This document shows, piece after piece, positions 13,121-27,484 of a stretch of 64,000 nt of DNA. The notes beneath the pieces were generated by a model. That model was not told where the DNA came from. It ran no database searches and saw only the letters and a list, made by a program, of their open reading frames with translations. How positions within the stretch are numbered: position 1 is the first letter of the stretch; each line of letters begins with the position of its first letter. Origin of the DNA: Ylistrum balloti (Eukaryota); the NCBI RefSeq assembly GCF_031769215.1, contig NW_026781872.1:186001-250000 (forward strand), given 5' to 3'. Position numbers and translations under genes: made by a program.

Positions 13121-13896
13121 TAGGGCTTTTCACCCAAAATAGGGTACCAGTGTTCAGCAATCTTCTTGTCAAGTTCCACAAAGTCTAGATAACTAATAGT
13201 AGGATATATTGATCAACAAATGTTGCATTATAAGGCTTGCAAATATGAATAACCTTGATCGACATTCAAGGTCACAGGGGTTAAATATGTTTGAACCTTT
13301 AAAAAGTGTATTTCTTCGTTATTATGTAGTTATATCTCCTTAACGTTTCAAGATACAAAGTTCATCTTTGGATATGTTGTAGAGATTAACAAACAAGAAA
13401 AATATATTGTTATCAGGATAAAGGTCAACGTTCGGTTTCCGTAGGAGGTCAAAGTTGAAATCATTGTTGAAATGTACAATATAAGGTACCAGTGTTAAAC
13501 AATCTTCTTCTCAAGTTCCACAAGGTGTAGATCACTAGTATTTAGTATATTCTGATCTACATGTGTTGTTTTATAAGGCTTGCAAATATGAATAACCTTG
13601 ACTAACATTCAAGGTCACAAAGCAAGGGGGTACTGATATTAGGCTTGTAGCATGCTGGGATGAAGGACTACCATTTTTGTCCTGACTAAGAGTTGTTATT
13701 TTCTAAGTTGGTCCGAAATCCAAGATGACTACAATGACCGCTATACTGAAAATGGATGTTTTTGAACTGCTCACGTCAGCTTGTGAAATTTTGTTTAAGT
13801 TTGCCGTAAATGAAGCTGAGGGGAGTCTGTCCGATATCCAGGATTGTCGCCAAAGAAGTGAAAAGCCCGTAAAATTATTAGCAACTGTTTCTAGTT
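13121..13896 (+). mobile_element. Non-autonomous Helentron/HINE-like element
   Basis: Subterminal inverted repeat GGGCTTTTCAC (13123-13133) / GTGAAAAGCCC (13858-13868), ending TCTAGTT. It has two internal ~140 bp related units with accttga..tcaaggtc. It is absent from the paralogous empty site near 5585 (gtagtagtt|tatatttg) and is inserted in TT with no other TSD. Confidence 0.72.
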
Positions 13897-16455
13897 TATA
13901 TTTGTTTTATTATTTTTTGTTGACCAGGGTAAATGATAAATAAACGAAATCAACGGAAAAGGTCAAAATAACAAAGGTCAAAATATGTAACAAGAATTTC
14001 TGTCATATCAAACTGCACTATGTGCCTTCTTTACTTAAATACTGTCGGCATTATCAACGGGAATGACATCAGAGTCGGTCATTCATAGTGACGGAAGTAT
14101 TCTGTAAGGAGCGCTGGTATGTTGACAGGCTATGCGTAATTCTGTGTGAATTTATTTATAGAACGTTCACCAGCGTCGGCCATTTACAGTGAAGCAATCA
14201 TCATGTCAGGAGCGCTGATATGTGAATTGTTTGACAAAGTAACAGAGTATTTACAAGGCAGGGTCAAATTCGGTGACGCAAAGCTGTTCCGGTTAGGATC
14301 TAGAACATCTGATAACACCCTCAGCTGGTGATCAATATATCTGCCGGAAACACCATCACAGGACAAAACAGCAGAACTGTACACGAGGTAGGTACATTGA
14401 ATCTTTTTGTACATCAATATATGAGATTCTGAAAAGAAAAAAATGTAAATTGTTTATGGTGAAGCATTAATGATATGTTTAACTGGTACCAACATAATAA
14501 GGTAAATCTGCTTATGTACACCATGTTCTGTTAATATTTTATTATCATCATGATATCACCAATCATTGTAATTTTAACATAAAATATGCATATTTGATAT
14601 ACATTTTGTTTCATACCATTATTTACTATTGTGCAAAATACTTAAGCACTCAACATTAATAATAACAAATGAGGAATTAAATATTTAATGTACAAGTAAT
14701 ATGATAATGTCTGAAAAACAAAGGTTATATCAATATCGACTTACAGAACAATCTAAAGAAAATGAAAGTATTGCAAATATGTCAGTATAATGTAGGCGTT
14801 TTAGCAATTATAGTTGCACCAGGTTGTCTGTAAAGTTTATATCTTAGTTTGCGCTTAATGTCATACATTGTGACCCCGTAATTTAAAAGAAGTAAGATTA
14901 CACTGCTGTAAATAACGTTTACTGTGTACACATGAAGAACAACTTAGAACAAGATATCTCAATAGATAGCAGAATATTAGGGATCCGACTTGTTTACGTC
15001 GGTGGTAGATCTATCGTACACCAACGGAAGCAGCATTTTATAACAAAACGGCTGATATAAAGCTAACTACGGATAAAAAACACATGCTAGCTACAATAAT
15101 GCTATTTGTTCAATCAGCAAACCTGTTAACATATCGATTTATATAGATTAAAAGAGAACGAGTTATTACGACCATATGACATCAGTAAGCTGTAGCGAGG
15201 ACATCTGATCACTGAATAAAGCCAAATTTTTGTATAGGTACTCTGTTTTATAAATATGACATTTCATCACTCATTGACTATAATTCTAAAGCATGAAATA
15301 AGAACTTCATCGTTAGCAAAACTTAAACAGGAAAAACAAGTTGGAAGATGAAAGCATTGTGTTGACATTGAGACCAACGGATATAATCTAGCTTACCTGG
15401 TTGATTCCTCAGGTTTATCAAATTTTACGATATTCAAATTCGTCGTTAGTTAATATTCGGTACATGATTTGGACATTGCTCTTCATTGGACTAAAAATAT
15501 AAGACATGGTAATAAGATAATATATGCAAAGAATACAGTGTATTGTTTGGCGTATTCAATCTTGGTAATCTTCACGAAGGTGTGTTTTCATGAACGGTAG
15601 TTAGACTGTATCTATGAATTATAACCCCTAGATGAGCTCATTATATTAATATTGTACGGAGATCTTGTTTACGTATATGTCTATTCAATTCAACATTTCA
15701 AATGAAAATCTGTCTTATGTTATTGAACATTTTACTTTTATTTTTCATCCATTTCTCTGCAAATATGATAGTTTTATAAAAGACAATTCGAACATGGCAA
15801 CATACTCATAATCAAAACGCAAATTCCATAAAAGTAGGGCAAACTTATGAAGAAAAGAAATATTTACACGGAAACTCCGGAAAAAAGTCAAATGAGAATA
15901 AGTCCAGGAATTCCCGAAGACTAAGCGTCTTCTGTTTCATCGCCGACACCCTCCATGTAAACCAAAGTCAATCCAAGTGAGTAATGTCACGTTATCAAAT
16001 GAGAACAAGGAAAAAACATGTTTTCCCCGATAGGTTTGTAATTGTACAATTGCGGGTAAGTTATTGTTTATTTCGTGTACAACACCTTCTCCTCGGTATT
16101 TTAACGATCTTCAAAAGCATATGATTTAAAAAATATTTCACGATTCCGAAGTGTTTAATCTGATACAATTCCTATTAAACTAAGAACGCTTTAGTTCCGT
16201 CTCAACACATGCCCTGTTATTACGAGTTTAGTTTAAAAACTCTGATTGAAGCTTCGCTCTGTAATTATGAACAAGTCTCAATTTTCCAAATTTGTCTAGT
16301 CAATTCTTGAAACGTGCTTATGGCAGTTATCACACATTTTGGTCGTGTTTTCAATGTTTGCTGAGATTCATCAGTCAATAAAATATATTACTTATGATTG
16401 AATGTTGACTTTATTTTCAGAAAAAATCTAATATATTGGTGAGCAAATCGTTATC

Positions 16456-19235
16456 ATGGAAATCCGAAAAATTGTGGATAGAGGCGGGGAAGAGATAGTT
16501 AGCAAATATTACGATGGAATTAATTTTCCGCCAGTGGTTAGTGGGAATGTCAAAGATCATTTAGAGGCAATTAGGAATTTAAAACACAAGAACGGCGACA
16601 TACTTCTCGACACTTTCCCTAAAACTGGTAAGTAAAAATCATCGTCAGTGTAAGATTAAATCATATATTTGCATGAGGCTCAATATCGTGGATTTAAAAT
16701 GTATTTCATTTTATATCTCTTCGAACAGGACAGGAATGTGTTTTTCATCTATATCATGGTGCATTAGTTTTAAAGTGGTCAGGTTGTCAGTGCTAACGCA
16801 CTCGCCTTTCACCTAGCCGTCTGGGATCTGATTCCCGGAACGGACGTGAAAAGGAAAGGAGTAAACTGCCTGTTCACGTGGATTTTTCCCTGGGTACTCC
16901 GGTTTCCTCCAACAGTAAAACCCCTTGAGTGCGTTCACCCAAGAAAAGAAGAGTGATGTGTATGAGTTGAAAATAACTATAAATCGCTATTGTTGGAAAA
17001 TAAGTAAAGTTTTTTGTAGATTTGCCACCTGTATAGCATAGTAAAGCATAACAGTAGTATATATAGATTATATATAAATTACTAACATTACTTTTATTTA
17101 TTCTAGGAACGCACTGGGGATTTGACATTTTGTATATGCTGCAAAATGGAAAAGCTGAATACAGCACAGACAACATCGCACCTTTAGATTTTGCACCTGC
17201 AGAGAAAATTGAAGCCTTAGATAGCCCAAGGGTTCTGGTATCACATTTATATCCGCAACATATTCCGAAATTCTGCACAGAGGAGAAATGTAAAATCATC
17301 TATATTTATCGTAATCCTAAGGATACGGCTGTGTCCATGCATTCTTTCATGAAGAGACTCGACATGGAGTCGATGCGAGGTTATAATGGTAAATGGGAAG
17401 ACTTCTTTGAACTATATGCCACACAGCCTGGTAAGTGTAATCTGAATATTTTACTACTCTATCTACTATCTACTCGGGTATATCTCTGTAATAAAACGGT
17501 CTCTTTTCTTCACATACATTTATGATTGATGAATCTTTGAACTCGCTAAAAATTGAAAATACCGTAAAATTTACAGTCAACACTGTTGATTATTCCTGGA
17601 TGTGTAATGTCAGTAAATGGTGTATTACTACAGCTCCTGATAGGCTGAAAGGAGTAATATCCAAGATTTATTTTTTATTTATTTGTTATGTTTTTTAAAG
17701 TTTTTCTCTATTTGTTTTTTGTTTGTTTGTTTTTTTATGTTGAAAAGAACGACAAAGGATTTTGTGTGAACTGTCGTTATTACTCCGCTGTGATATAGCT
17801 ATATATTTTATCATTTTAGTGCATTACAACACCTGGTTTGAGCACGTTAAGTCATGGTTAGATTTCAAAAAGAAGAATCCAGATTTACCTATCCTGTTTG
17901 TATCATTTGAGGACATGAAAAAGGTGTGTATTATTGTTTTATGGTACAGAATATCTTCATATACCTATTTTGAAATCGCCAGGTAATTATTTGATAAAGA
18001 TAATAAATGATTAAATATATGGTAAGTGCATCTCCCCATTTGTACTTGATTTCTACTAAGTAAGTAGATTTTTTCTAGATTTCAATATTCTAGTGTCCAA
18101 GTATCAATTCCGAGTCTAAGAAGAACCAAACATAGGTAGATCAGTGAACTTTACTAACAGGATATATTGTACCTATTTCTGTTTGTGTGTACTTATGTGT
18201 CTTTTCTACAACCCTCTCCGCTGGTGCGTCCAAACTATCTATCAATGGATAAACTGATAAGAATGCTGTGTTGGGGTCTTTTCTTTAATGCATCAATAAC
18301 CTTTGTTTATGCAATCAACCTTTTGTTATGTTCAGTTCTTTTATAAATAAATAACTTTCAAGCAGAATGGCATTTTGTAGAGATCGTCGTTGTCTTCAAG
18401 AATAGTACGTCTTCAAGTTTCTGAGTATTGTTTCAATTTTAAGTTAGTGTTTATATAAATAGATATTACAAAGGTATCGACTGGACATTATCATTAAGGG
18501 ATATAGATAAAGTTATCCATTAGTATTTCAACAACCAATAACATGATACTGTCATATTGAAGGACTTACGAAGCTGTGTTCAAAAGATGGCAGAATATTT
18601 GGGAACGAAACAAGATCCAGAATTCCTTGACGAAGTGGCAAGAAAATGTCAGTTCAACGTCATGTCAGCGGCAAAGTCCTCACATGCAAAAGAAACAGCA
18701 ATGTCGAAAGATGGCACCAACCCGTTCTATAGAAAAGGTACACCTGTTGTAAATCACTTTGAACATGCACACTGATTTTAATGTCATGGCTGTATTAACA
18801 ATATGTATAGCTGTATGTGGGACCGGAAATTCCCCCCAAGGCTGTTTATATCCTCCAGGCTAGGTTCATGAGATATGCGTTCATTTTCTTTCACGTCTTT
18901 ACATATATTAGAAATAAATGTAGATATGTTTATTTTGATGTTTGTTTATCCTAGCTTCTGATTACTTAATAGTCAGAATATTTATGATCAGTGTCGTTCA
19001 CGTGTTAATGTCATGTTGATATCACTTGAGCACAAAAATAATCGATTAAATTATAACGGTAAAGATTATGATACTTATGTGTTGTCGTAACTTGAGGAAA
19101 GTCTTCTTCTTTACTGTTTAAGGTGAAGTTGGAGATTGGAAGAACTGGCTAACAGTGGCAAAAAACGAGATGTATGATGCAGTGATTAAAGAAAAAATGG
19201 TTGACATTGATCTAGACATTACATATACATTGTAA
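16456..19235 (+). CDS. Cytosolic sulfotransferase copy 2, 295 aa (apparent copy3/copy1 chimera)
   Basis: Exons 16456-16627, 17107-17430, 17820-17923, 18563-18737 and 19123-19235. Introns are GT-AG, frame is intact, motifs as in copy 1. Confidence 0.93.
16774..16980 (+). mobile_element. V-domain-like SINE in intron 1 of SULT copy 2
   Basis: Same element and position as 8546-8750. Confidence 0.75.
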
Positions 19236-21087
19236 AATCATCATTTTGTGAGCTTTTCTGAAATGTCACTCTCCTACTAAAACCGTTGTTTTGTTTTGTT
19301 TTAAAAATATCACAAACTGAGAATGAGTAATATGTTATATGTATATATGCGAAACTTCAAAGTGAAAATTGCATTATTTTATGTACTATGTTCGACACAT
19401 AGTAAACAAGGACAATTTTACGTGACAGCGAAATAACATTGCTTATTCGTCAACAATGTTTCAAACACAACCATTTGAATGCAGATGTCGAGTTGGCATC
19501 GGAATTTGTCAACTTGCACAGGAGGAGATGAATGAGAGTATGTCTTAACACTCACCGCAGTATACAACGGACAATCTATAAAAATGGACGTATTTTCAAT
19601 TTGTTATAGCCTGATCATATACTAAGCTTGTCGTTCGAGGCACATTACAGACTTGATCTGTGTATCACATGTACTCTGTGAATATTCACATCACAACAAC
19701 ACAAAAAGGGACATGCATATTTGTACAAACAGCAATTATTATCAACGTTATTCATATTTTGGGTTCTCTATTCATAAATACATCAATCAAATGTTTTCAA
19801 TCTACTGTCATCCTCACAGGACCGTACTGTTCAACAAAAAGCGAACATGACCTTTCTACATATTATCTAAAAAAAGCGAAAAGAGCAGGTGAAAATGCAC
19901 CTAAGAGTAAATACAATTACCGAAAGAAAGCATGAAATAACAAAATCCGTTTTTTTACATGAGATGTGTAATAAAGATAAGACCTATATTAGGACATACA
20001 TTTAAACAGTTAGTAACGATATCTATATTTAGTTATTAATGAATGATTAGTATAAATGTATATAGCTATGGGGTGAGTGTCTGACAGGTCAACACTGTTT
20101 TTAGCGATGTATTTTGAACTACTTCTTTGACTAGAATTTTAGATATATTTGTAAATTGTGTGAGTAAAAACATAGGTTTGTAAGGAATTATTTTTATATA
20201 TATGATAAAGAACATGTTAACAACCGGTTAGATGCGACAAGTAAATTGACGCATTCTTTTGTTAGATTTTTTAATTATGCTGATAAAAATCATTGTCTAT
20301 AAGCTTTTGATAGGGAGGTTACAGCTGTTATATAAGTTTATTTAAGTTTTCTTGGAAAGACACATACATTGTATATAGTGGATATAACGAGAGGTGGATC
20401 CGCAAGACATGCTATGATACATTTTATTATTTCATAACACCATCGTCTAAAATGGTAAGTTCTTTATCAATAATCGCTAACGATGTTACCACTTTCCGCA
20501 CTACTTTAATGGATTATACATTTCATTTTCTATTACATTTCATAATAAATTTGCATTGAAATGCTAAATTTCCGTATTCTGTATATAAATATAAATGTAA
20601 TCAAATCAGAATGATGTATCGAGATATCAGTTTGATATATTTGCGTTTTTGAACTTACATTTAAAATGGTTGTCTATAAAACAGTGCATAGATAAATTTA
20701 ATGACCGTAGTGACCACAACTGTGTAAATCTTGACTATATTAGATTGTATGAACACATGGGAACATTATAATAATTTACTGGTCAATATATACACTAAAA
20801 GATCTCAATATAAGCTGACTGCTCGTACATTAGTCGCCGTTTCATTGACGCTAAGGTTTGTGTTGGAACTAGTCGGTATTGCAAACCTTGAGGACAACTC
20901 AGAAGTAACACTAGAAACTAGCTTCATAAGGTAATTTATAGGTAACGCTTCATGGTGCCTTAGTCGATAAAATCCTGATGTCGTAGCTGTAAACAAGGAC
21001 ATATACCACAGCTTGTGATTTTTTGATCAATGTAAACGGTTTGTTGTATAATGAAAGTTATCGAATATAAAATCAAAAGCAAAACTA

Positions 21088-21180
21088 GGGTGGTAGGGTT
21101 GCGCAGTGGTACCGCACTCGCCTTTCGCCAAGCCGTCCGGGGTTCGATTCCCGGAATGGATATGAAAAGGCTTGGGGTCA
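21088..21180 (+). mobile_element. Truncated SINE head (spacer 2 duplicate)
   Basis: Duplicate of 12841-12933 at +8247. Confidence 0.75.
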
Positions 21181-21367
21181 CCTATCTTAAACGGATAAAG
21201 CGGTATTGAAAACAAATTCTTGAATATCGATTCTACTGCGACCTTTGAAACCATAGATTGGGGAAGTGAATATATTACTACTCAAACGCACAACATGGAA
21301 ATAAGAAACGTCACTTTTACCATAAAACTTGATCGAAAACTATCTCTGCTGCTTTCGTTGTAGTAGT

Positions 21368-22143
21368 TAGGGCTTTTCACCCAAAATAGGGTACCAGTGT
21401 TCAGCAATCTTCTTGTCAAGTTCCACAAAGTCTAGAGAACTAATAGTAGGATATATTGATCAACAAATGTTGCATTATAAGGCTTGCAAATATGAATAAC
21501 CTTGACCGACATTCAAGGTCACAGGGGTTAAATATGTTTGAACCTTTAAAAAGTGTATTTCTTCGTTATTATGTAGTTATATCTCCTTAACGTTTCAAGA
21601 TACAAAGTTCATCTTTGGATATGTTGTAGAGATTAACAAACAAGAAAAATATATTGTTATCAGGATAAAGGTCAACGTTCGGTTTCCGTAGGAGGTCAAA
21701 GTTGAAATCATTGTTGAAATGTACAATATAAGGTACCAGTGTTAAACAATCTTCTTCTCAAGTTCCACAAGGTGTAGATCACTAGTATTTAGTATATTCT
21801 GATCTACATGTGTTGTTTTATAAGGCTTGCAAATATGAATAACCTTGACTAACATTCAAGGTCGCAAAGCAAGGGGGTACTGATATTAGGCTTGTAGCAT
21901 GCTGGGATGAAGGACTACCATTTTTGTCCTGACTAAGAGTTGTTATTTTCTAAGTTGGTCCGAAATCCAAGATGACTACAATGACCGCTATACTGAAAAT
22001 GGATGTTTTTGAACTGCTCACGTCAGCTTGTGAAATTTTGTTTAAGTTTGCCGTAAATGAAGCTGAGGGGAGTCTGTCCGATATCCAGGATTGTCGCCAA
22101 AGAAGTGAAAAGCCCGTAAAATTATTAGCAACTGTTTCTAGTT
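21368..22143 (+). mobile_element. HINE-like element (spacer 2 duplicate)
   Basis: Duplicate of 13121-13896 at +8247. Confidence 0.72.
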
Positions 22144-24703
22144 TATATTTGTTTTATTATTTTTTGTTGACCAGGGTAAATGATAAATAAACGAAATCAA
22201 CGGAAAAGGTCAAAATAACAAAGGTCAAAATATGTAACAAGAATTTCTGTCATATCAAACTGCACTATGTGCCTTCTTTACTTAAATACTGTCGGCATTA
22301 TCAACGGGAATGACATCAGAGTCGGTCATTCATAGTGACGGAAGTATTCTGTAAGGAGCGCTGGTATGTTGACAGGCTATGCGTAATTCTCTGTGAATTT
22401 ATTTATAGAACGTTCACCAGCGTCGGCCATTTACAGTGAAGCAATCATCATGTCAGGAGCGCTGATATGTGAATTGTTTGACAAAGTAACAGAGTATTTA
22501 CAAGGCAGGGTCAAATTCGGTGACGCAAAGCTGTTCCGGTTAGGATCTAGAACATCTGATAACACCCTCAGCTGGTGATCAATATATCTGCCGGAAACAC
22601 CATCACAGGACAAAACAGCAGAACTGTACACGAGGTAGGTACATTGAATCTTTTTATACATCAATATATGAGATTCTGAAAAGAAAAAAATGTAAATTGT
22701 TTATGGTGAACCATTAATGATATGTTTAACTGGTACCAACATAATAAGGTAAATCTGCTTATGTACACCATGTTCTGTTAATATTTTATTATCATCATGA
22801 TATCACCAATCATTGTAATTTTAACATAAAATATGCATATTTGATATACATTTTGTTTCATACCATTATTTACTATTGTGCAAAATACTTAAGCACTCAA
22901 CATTAATAATAAGAAATGAGGAATTAAATATTTAATGTACAAGTAATATGATAATGTCTGAAAAACAAAGGTTATATCAATATCGACTTACAGAACAATC
23001 TAAAGAAAATGGAAGTATTGCAAATATGTCAGTATAATGTAGGCGTTTTAGCAATTATAGTTGCACCAGGTTGTCTGTAAAGTTTATATCTTAGTTTGCG
23101 CTTAATGTCATACATTGTGACCCCGTAATTTAAAAAAAAGTAAGATTACACTGCTGTAAATAACGGTCACTGTGTACACATGAAGAACAACGTAGAACAA
23201 GATATCTCAATAGATAGGAGAATATTAGGGATCCGACTTGTTTACGTCGGTGGTAGATCTATCGTACACCAACGGAAGCAGCATTTTATAACAAAACGGC
23301 TGATATAAAGCTAACTGTGGATAAAAAACACATGGTAGCTACAATAATGCTATTTGTTCAATTAGCAAACCTGTTAACATATCGATTTATATAGATTAAA
23401 AGAGAACGAGTTATTACGACCATATGATATCAGTAAGCTGTAGCGAGGACATCTGATCACTGAATAAAGCCAAATTTTTGTATAGGTACTCTGTTTTATA
23501 AATATGACATTTCATCACTCATTGACTATAATTCTAAAGCATTAAATAAGAACTTCATCGTTAGCAAAACTTAAACAGGAAAAACAAGTTGGAAGATGAA
23601 AGCATTGTGTTGACATTGAGACCAACGGATATAATCTAGCTTACCTGGTTGATTCCTCAGGTTTATCAAATTTTACGATATTCAAATTCGTCGTTAGTTA
23701 ATATTCGGTACATGATTTGGACATTGCTCTTCATTGGACTAAAAATATAAGACATGGTAATAAGATAATATATGCAAAGAATACAGTGTATTGTTTGGCG
23801 TATTCAATCTTGGTAATCTTCACGAAGGTGTGTTTTCATGAACGGTAGTTAGACTGTATCTATGAATTATAACCCCTAGATGAGCTCATTATATTAATAT
23901 TGTACGGAGATCTTGTTTACGTATATGTCTATTCAATTCAACATTTCAAATGAAAATCTGTCTTATGTTATTGAACATTTTACTTTTATTTTTCATCCAT
24001 TTCTCTGCAAATATGATAGTTTTATAAAAGACAATTCGAACATGGCAACATACTCATAATCAAAACGCAAATTCCATAAAAGTAGGGCAAACTTATGAAG
24101 AAAAGAAATATTTACACGGAAACTCCGGAAAAAAGTCAAATGAGAATAAGACCAGGAATTCCCGAAGACTAAGCGTCTTCTGTTTCATCGCCGACACCCT
24201 CCATGTAAACCAAAGTCAATCCAAGTGAGTAATGTCACGTTATCAAATAAGAACAAGGAAAAAACATGTTTTCCCCGATAGGTTTGTAATTGTACAATTG
24301 CGGGTAAGTTATTGTTTATTTCGTGTACAACACCTTCTCCTCGGTATTTTAACGATCTTCAAAAGCATATGATTTAAAAAATATTTCATGATTCTGAAGT
24401 GTTTAATCTGATACAATTCCTATTAAACTAAGAACGCTTTAGTTCCGTCTCAACACATGCCCTGTTATTACAAGTTTAGTTTAAAAACTCTGATTGAAGC
24501 TTCGCTCTGTAATTATGAACAAGTCTCAATTTTCCAAATTTGTCTAGTCAATTCTTGAAACGTGCTTATGGCAGTTATCACACATTTTGGTCGTGTTTTC
24601 AATTTTTGCTGAGATTCATCAGTCAATAAAATATATTACTTATGATTGAATGTTGACTTTATTTTCAGAAAAAATCTAATATATTGGTGAGCAAATCGTT
24701 ATC

Positions 24704-27484
24704 ATGGAAATCCGAAAAATTGTGGATAGAGGCGGGGAAGAGATAGTTAGCAAATATTACGATGGAATTAATTTTCCGCCAGTGGTTAGTGGGAATGTCA
24801 AAGATCATTTAGAGGCAATTAGGAATTTAAAACACAAGAACGGCGACATACTTCTCGACACTTTCCCTAAAACTGGTAAGTAAAAATCATCGTCAGTGTA
24901 AGATTAAATCATATATTTGCATGAGGCTCAATATCGTGGATTTAAAATGTATTTCATTTTATATCTCTTCGAACAGGACAGGAATGTGTTTTTCATCTAT
25001 ATCATGGTGCATTAGTTTTAAAGTGGTCAGGTTGTCAGTGCTAACGCACTCGCCTTTCACCTAGCCGTCTGGGATCTGATTCCCGGAACGGACGTGAAAA
25101 GGAAAGGAGTAAACTGCCTGTTCACGTGGATTTTTCCCTGGGTACTCCGGTTTCCTCCAACAGTAAAACCCCTTGAGTGCGTTCACCCAAGAAAAGAAGA
25201 GTGATGTGTATGAGTTGAAAATAACTATAAATCGCTATTGTTGGAAAATAAGTAAATTTTTTTGTAGATTTGCCACCTGTATAGCATAGTAAAGCATAAC
25301 AGTAGTATATATAGATTATATATAAATTACTAACATTACTTTTATTTATTCTAGGAACGCACTGGGGATTTGACATTTTGTATATGCTGCAAAATGGAAA
25401 AGCTGAATACAGCACAGACAACATCGCACCTTTAGATTTTGCACCTGCAGAGAAAATTGAAGCCTTAGATAGCCCAAGGGTTCTGGTATCACATTTATAT
25501 CCGCAACATATTCCGAAATTCTGCACAGAGGAGAAATGTAAAATCATCTATATTTACCGTAATCCTAAGGATACGGCTGTGTCCATGCATTCTTTCATGA
25601 AGAGACTCGACATGGAGTCGATGCGAGGTTATAATGGTAAATGGGAAGACTTCTTTGAACTATATGCCACACAGCCTGGTAAGTGTAATCTGAATATTTT
25701 ACTACTCTATCTACTATCTACTCGGGTATATCTCTGTAATAAAACGGTCTCTTTTCTTCACATACATTTATGATTGATGAATCTTTGAACTAGCTAAAAA
25801 TTGAAAATACCGTAAAATTTACAGTCAACACTGTTGATTATTCCTGGATGTGTAATGTCAGTAAATGGTGTATTACTATAGCTCCTTATAGGCTGAAAGG
25901 AGTAATATCCAAGATTTATTTTTTTATATATTTGTTATGTTTTTTAAAGTTTTTCTCTATTTGTTTTTTGTTTGTTTGTTTTTTTATGTTGAAAAGAACG
26001 ACAAAGGATTTTGTGTGAACTTTCGTTATTACTCCGCTGTGATATAGCTATGTATTTTATCATTTTAGTGCATTACAACACCTGGTTTGAGCACGTTAAG
26101 TCATGGTTAGATTTCAAAAAGAAGAATCCAGATTTACCTATCCTGTTTGTATCATTTGAGGACATGAAAAAGGTGTGTATTATTGTTTTATGGTACAGAA
26201 TATCTTCATATACCTATTTTGAAATCGCCAGGTAATTATTTGATAAAGATGATAAATGATTAAATATATGGTAAGTGCATCTCCCCATTTGTACTTGATT
26301 TCTACTAAGTAAGTAGATTTTTTCTAGATTGCAATATTCTAGTTTCCAAGTATCAATTCCGAGTCTAAGAAGAACCAAACATAGGTAGATCAGTGAACTT
26401 TACTAACAGGATATATTGTACCTATTTCTGTTTGTGTGTACTAATGTGTCTTTTCTACAACCCTCTCCGCTGGTGCGTCCAAACTATCTATCAATGGATA
26501 AACTGATAGAATGCTGTGTTGGGGTCTTTTCTTTAATGCATCAATAACCTTTGTTTATGCAATCAACCTTTTGTTATGTTCAGTTCTTTTATATATAAAT
26601 AACTTTCAAACAGAATGGCATTTTGTAGAGATCGTCGTTGTCTTCAAGAATATTACGTCTTCAAGTTTCTGAGTATTGTTTCAATTTCAAGTTAGTGTTT
26701 ATATAAATAGATATTACAAAGGTATCGACTGGACATTATCATTAAGGGATATAGATAAAGTTCTTCCATTAGTATTTCAACAACCAATAACATGATACTG
26801 TCATATTGAAGGACTTACGAAGCTGTGTTCAAAAGATGGCAGAATATTTGGGAACGAAACAAGATCCAGAATTCCTTGACGAAGTGGCAAGAAAATGTCA
26901 GTTCAACGTCATGTCAGCGGCAAAGTCCTCACATGCAAAAGAAACAGCAATGTCGAAAGATGGCACCAACCCGTTCTATAGAAAAGGTACACCTGTTGTA
27001 AATCACTTTGAACATGCACACTGATTTTAATGTCATGGCTGTATTAACAATATGTATAGCTGTATGTGGGACCGGAAATTCCCCCCAAGGCTGTTTATAT
27101 CCTCCAGGCTAGGTTCATGAGATATGCGTTCATTTTCTTTCACGTCTTTACATATATTAGAAATAAATGTAGATATGTTTATTTTGATGTTTGTTTATCC
27201 TAGCTTCTGATTACTTAATAGTCAGAATATTTATGATCAGTGTCGTTTACGTGTTAATGTCATGTTGATATCACTTGAGCACAAAAATAATTGATTAAAT
27301 TATAACGGTAAAGATTATGATACTTATGTGTTGTCGTAACTTGAGGAAAGTCTTCTTCTTTACTGTTTAAGGTGAAGTTGGAGATTGGAAGAACTGGCTA
27401 ACAGTGGCACAAAACGAGATGTATGATGCAGTGATTAAAGAAAAAATGGTTGACATTGATCTGGAGATTACATATAAATTGTAA
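24704..27484 (+). CDS. Cytosolic sulfotransferase copy 3, 295 aa
   Basis: Exons 24704-24875, 25355-25678, 26069-26172, 26812-26986 and 27372-27484. Frame is intact and the C-terminus is DIDLEITYKL. Confidence 0.94.
25022..25230 (+). mobile_element. V-domain-like SINE in intron 1 of SULT copy 3
   Basis: Duplicate of 16774-16980. Confidence 0.75.

Larger units (their letters stand above)
10100..27480. repeat. Recent ~8.25 kb tandem segmental duplication (two near-identical periods containing SULT gene and spacer)
   Basis: Track ORFs recur identically at offsets of 8247-8248 (12484/20731, 13725/21972, 14146/22393, 17130/25378). Older, less similar homology extends left to 2004 and right to ~29140. 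Confidence 0.95.
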
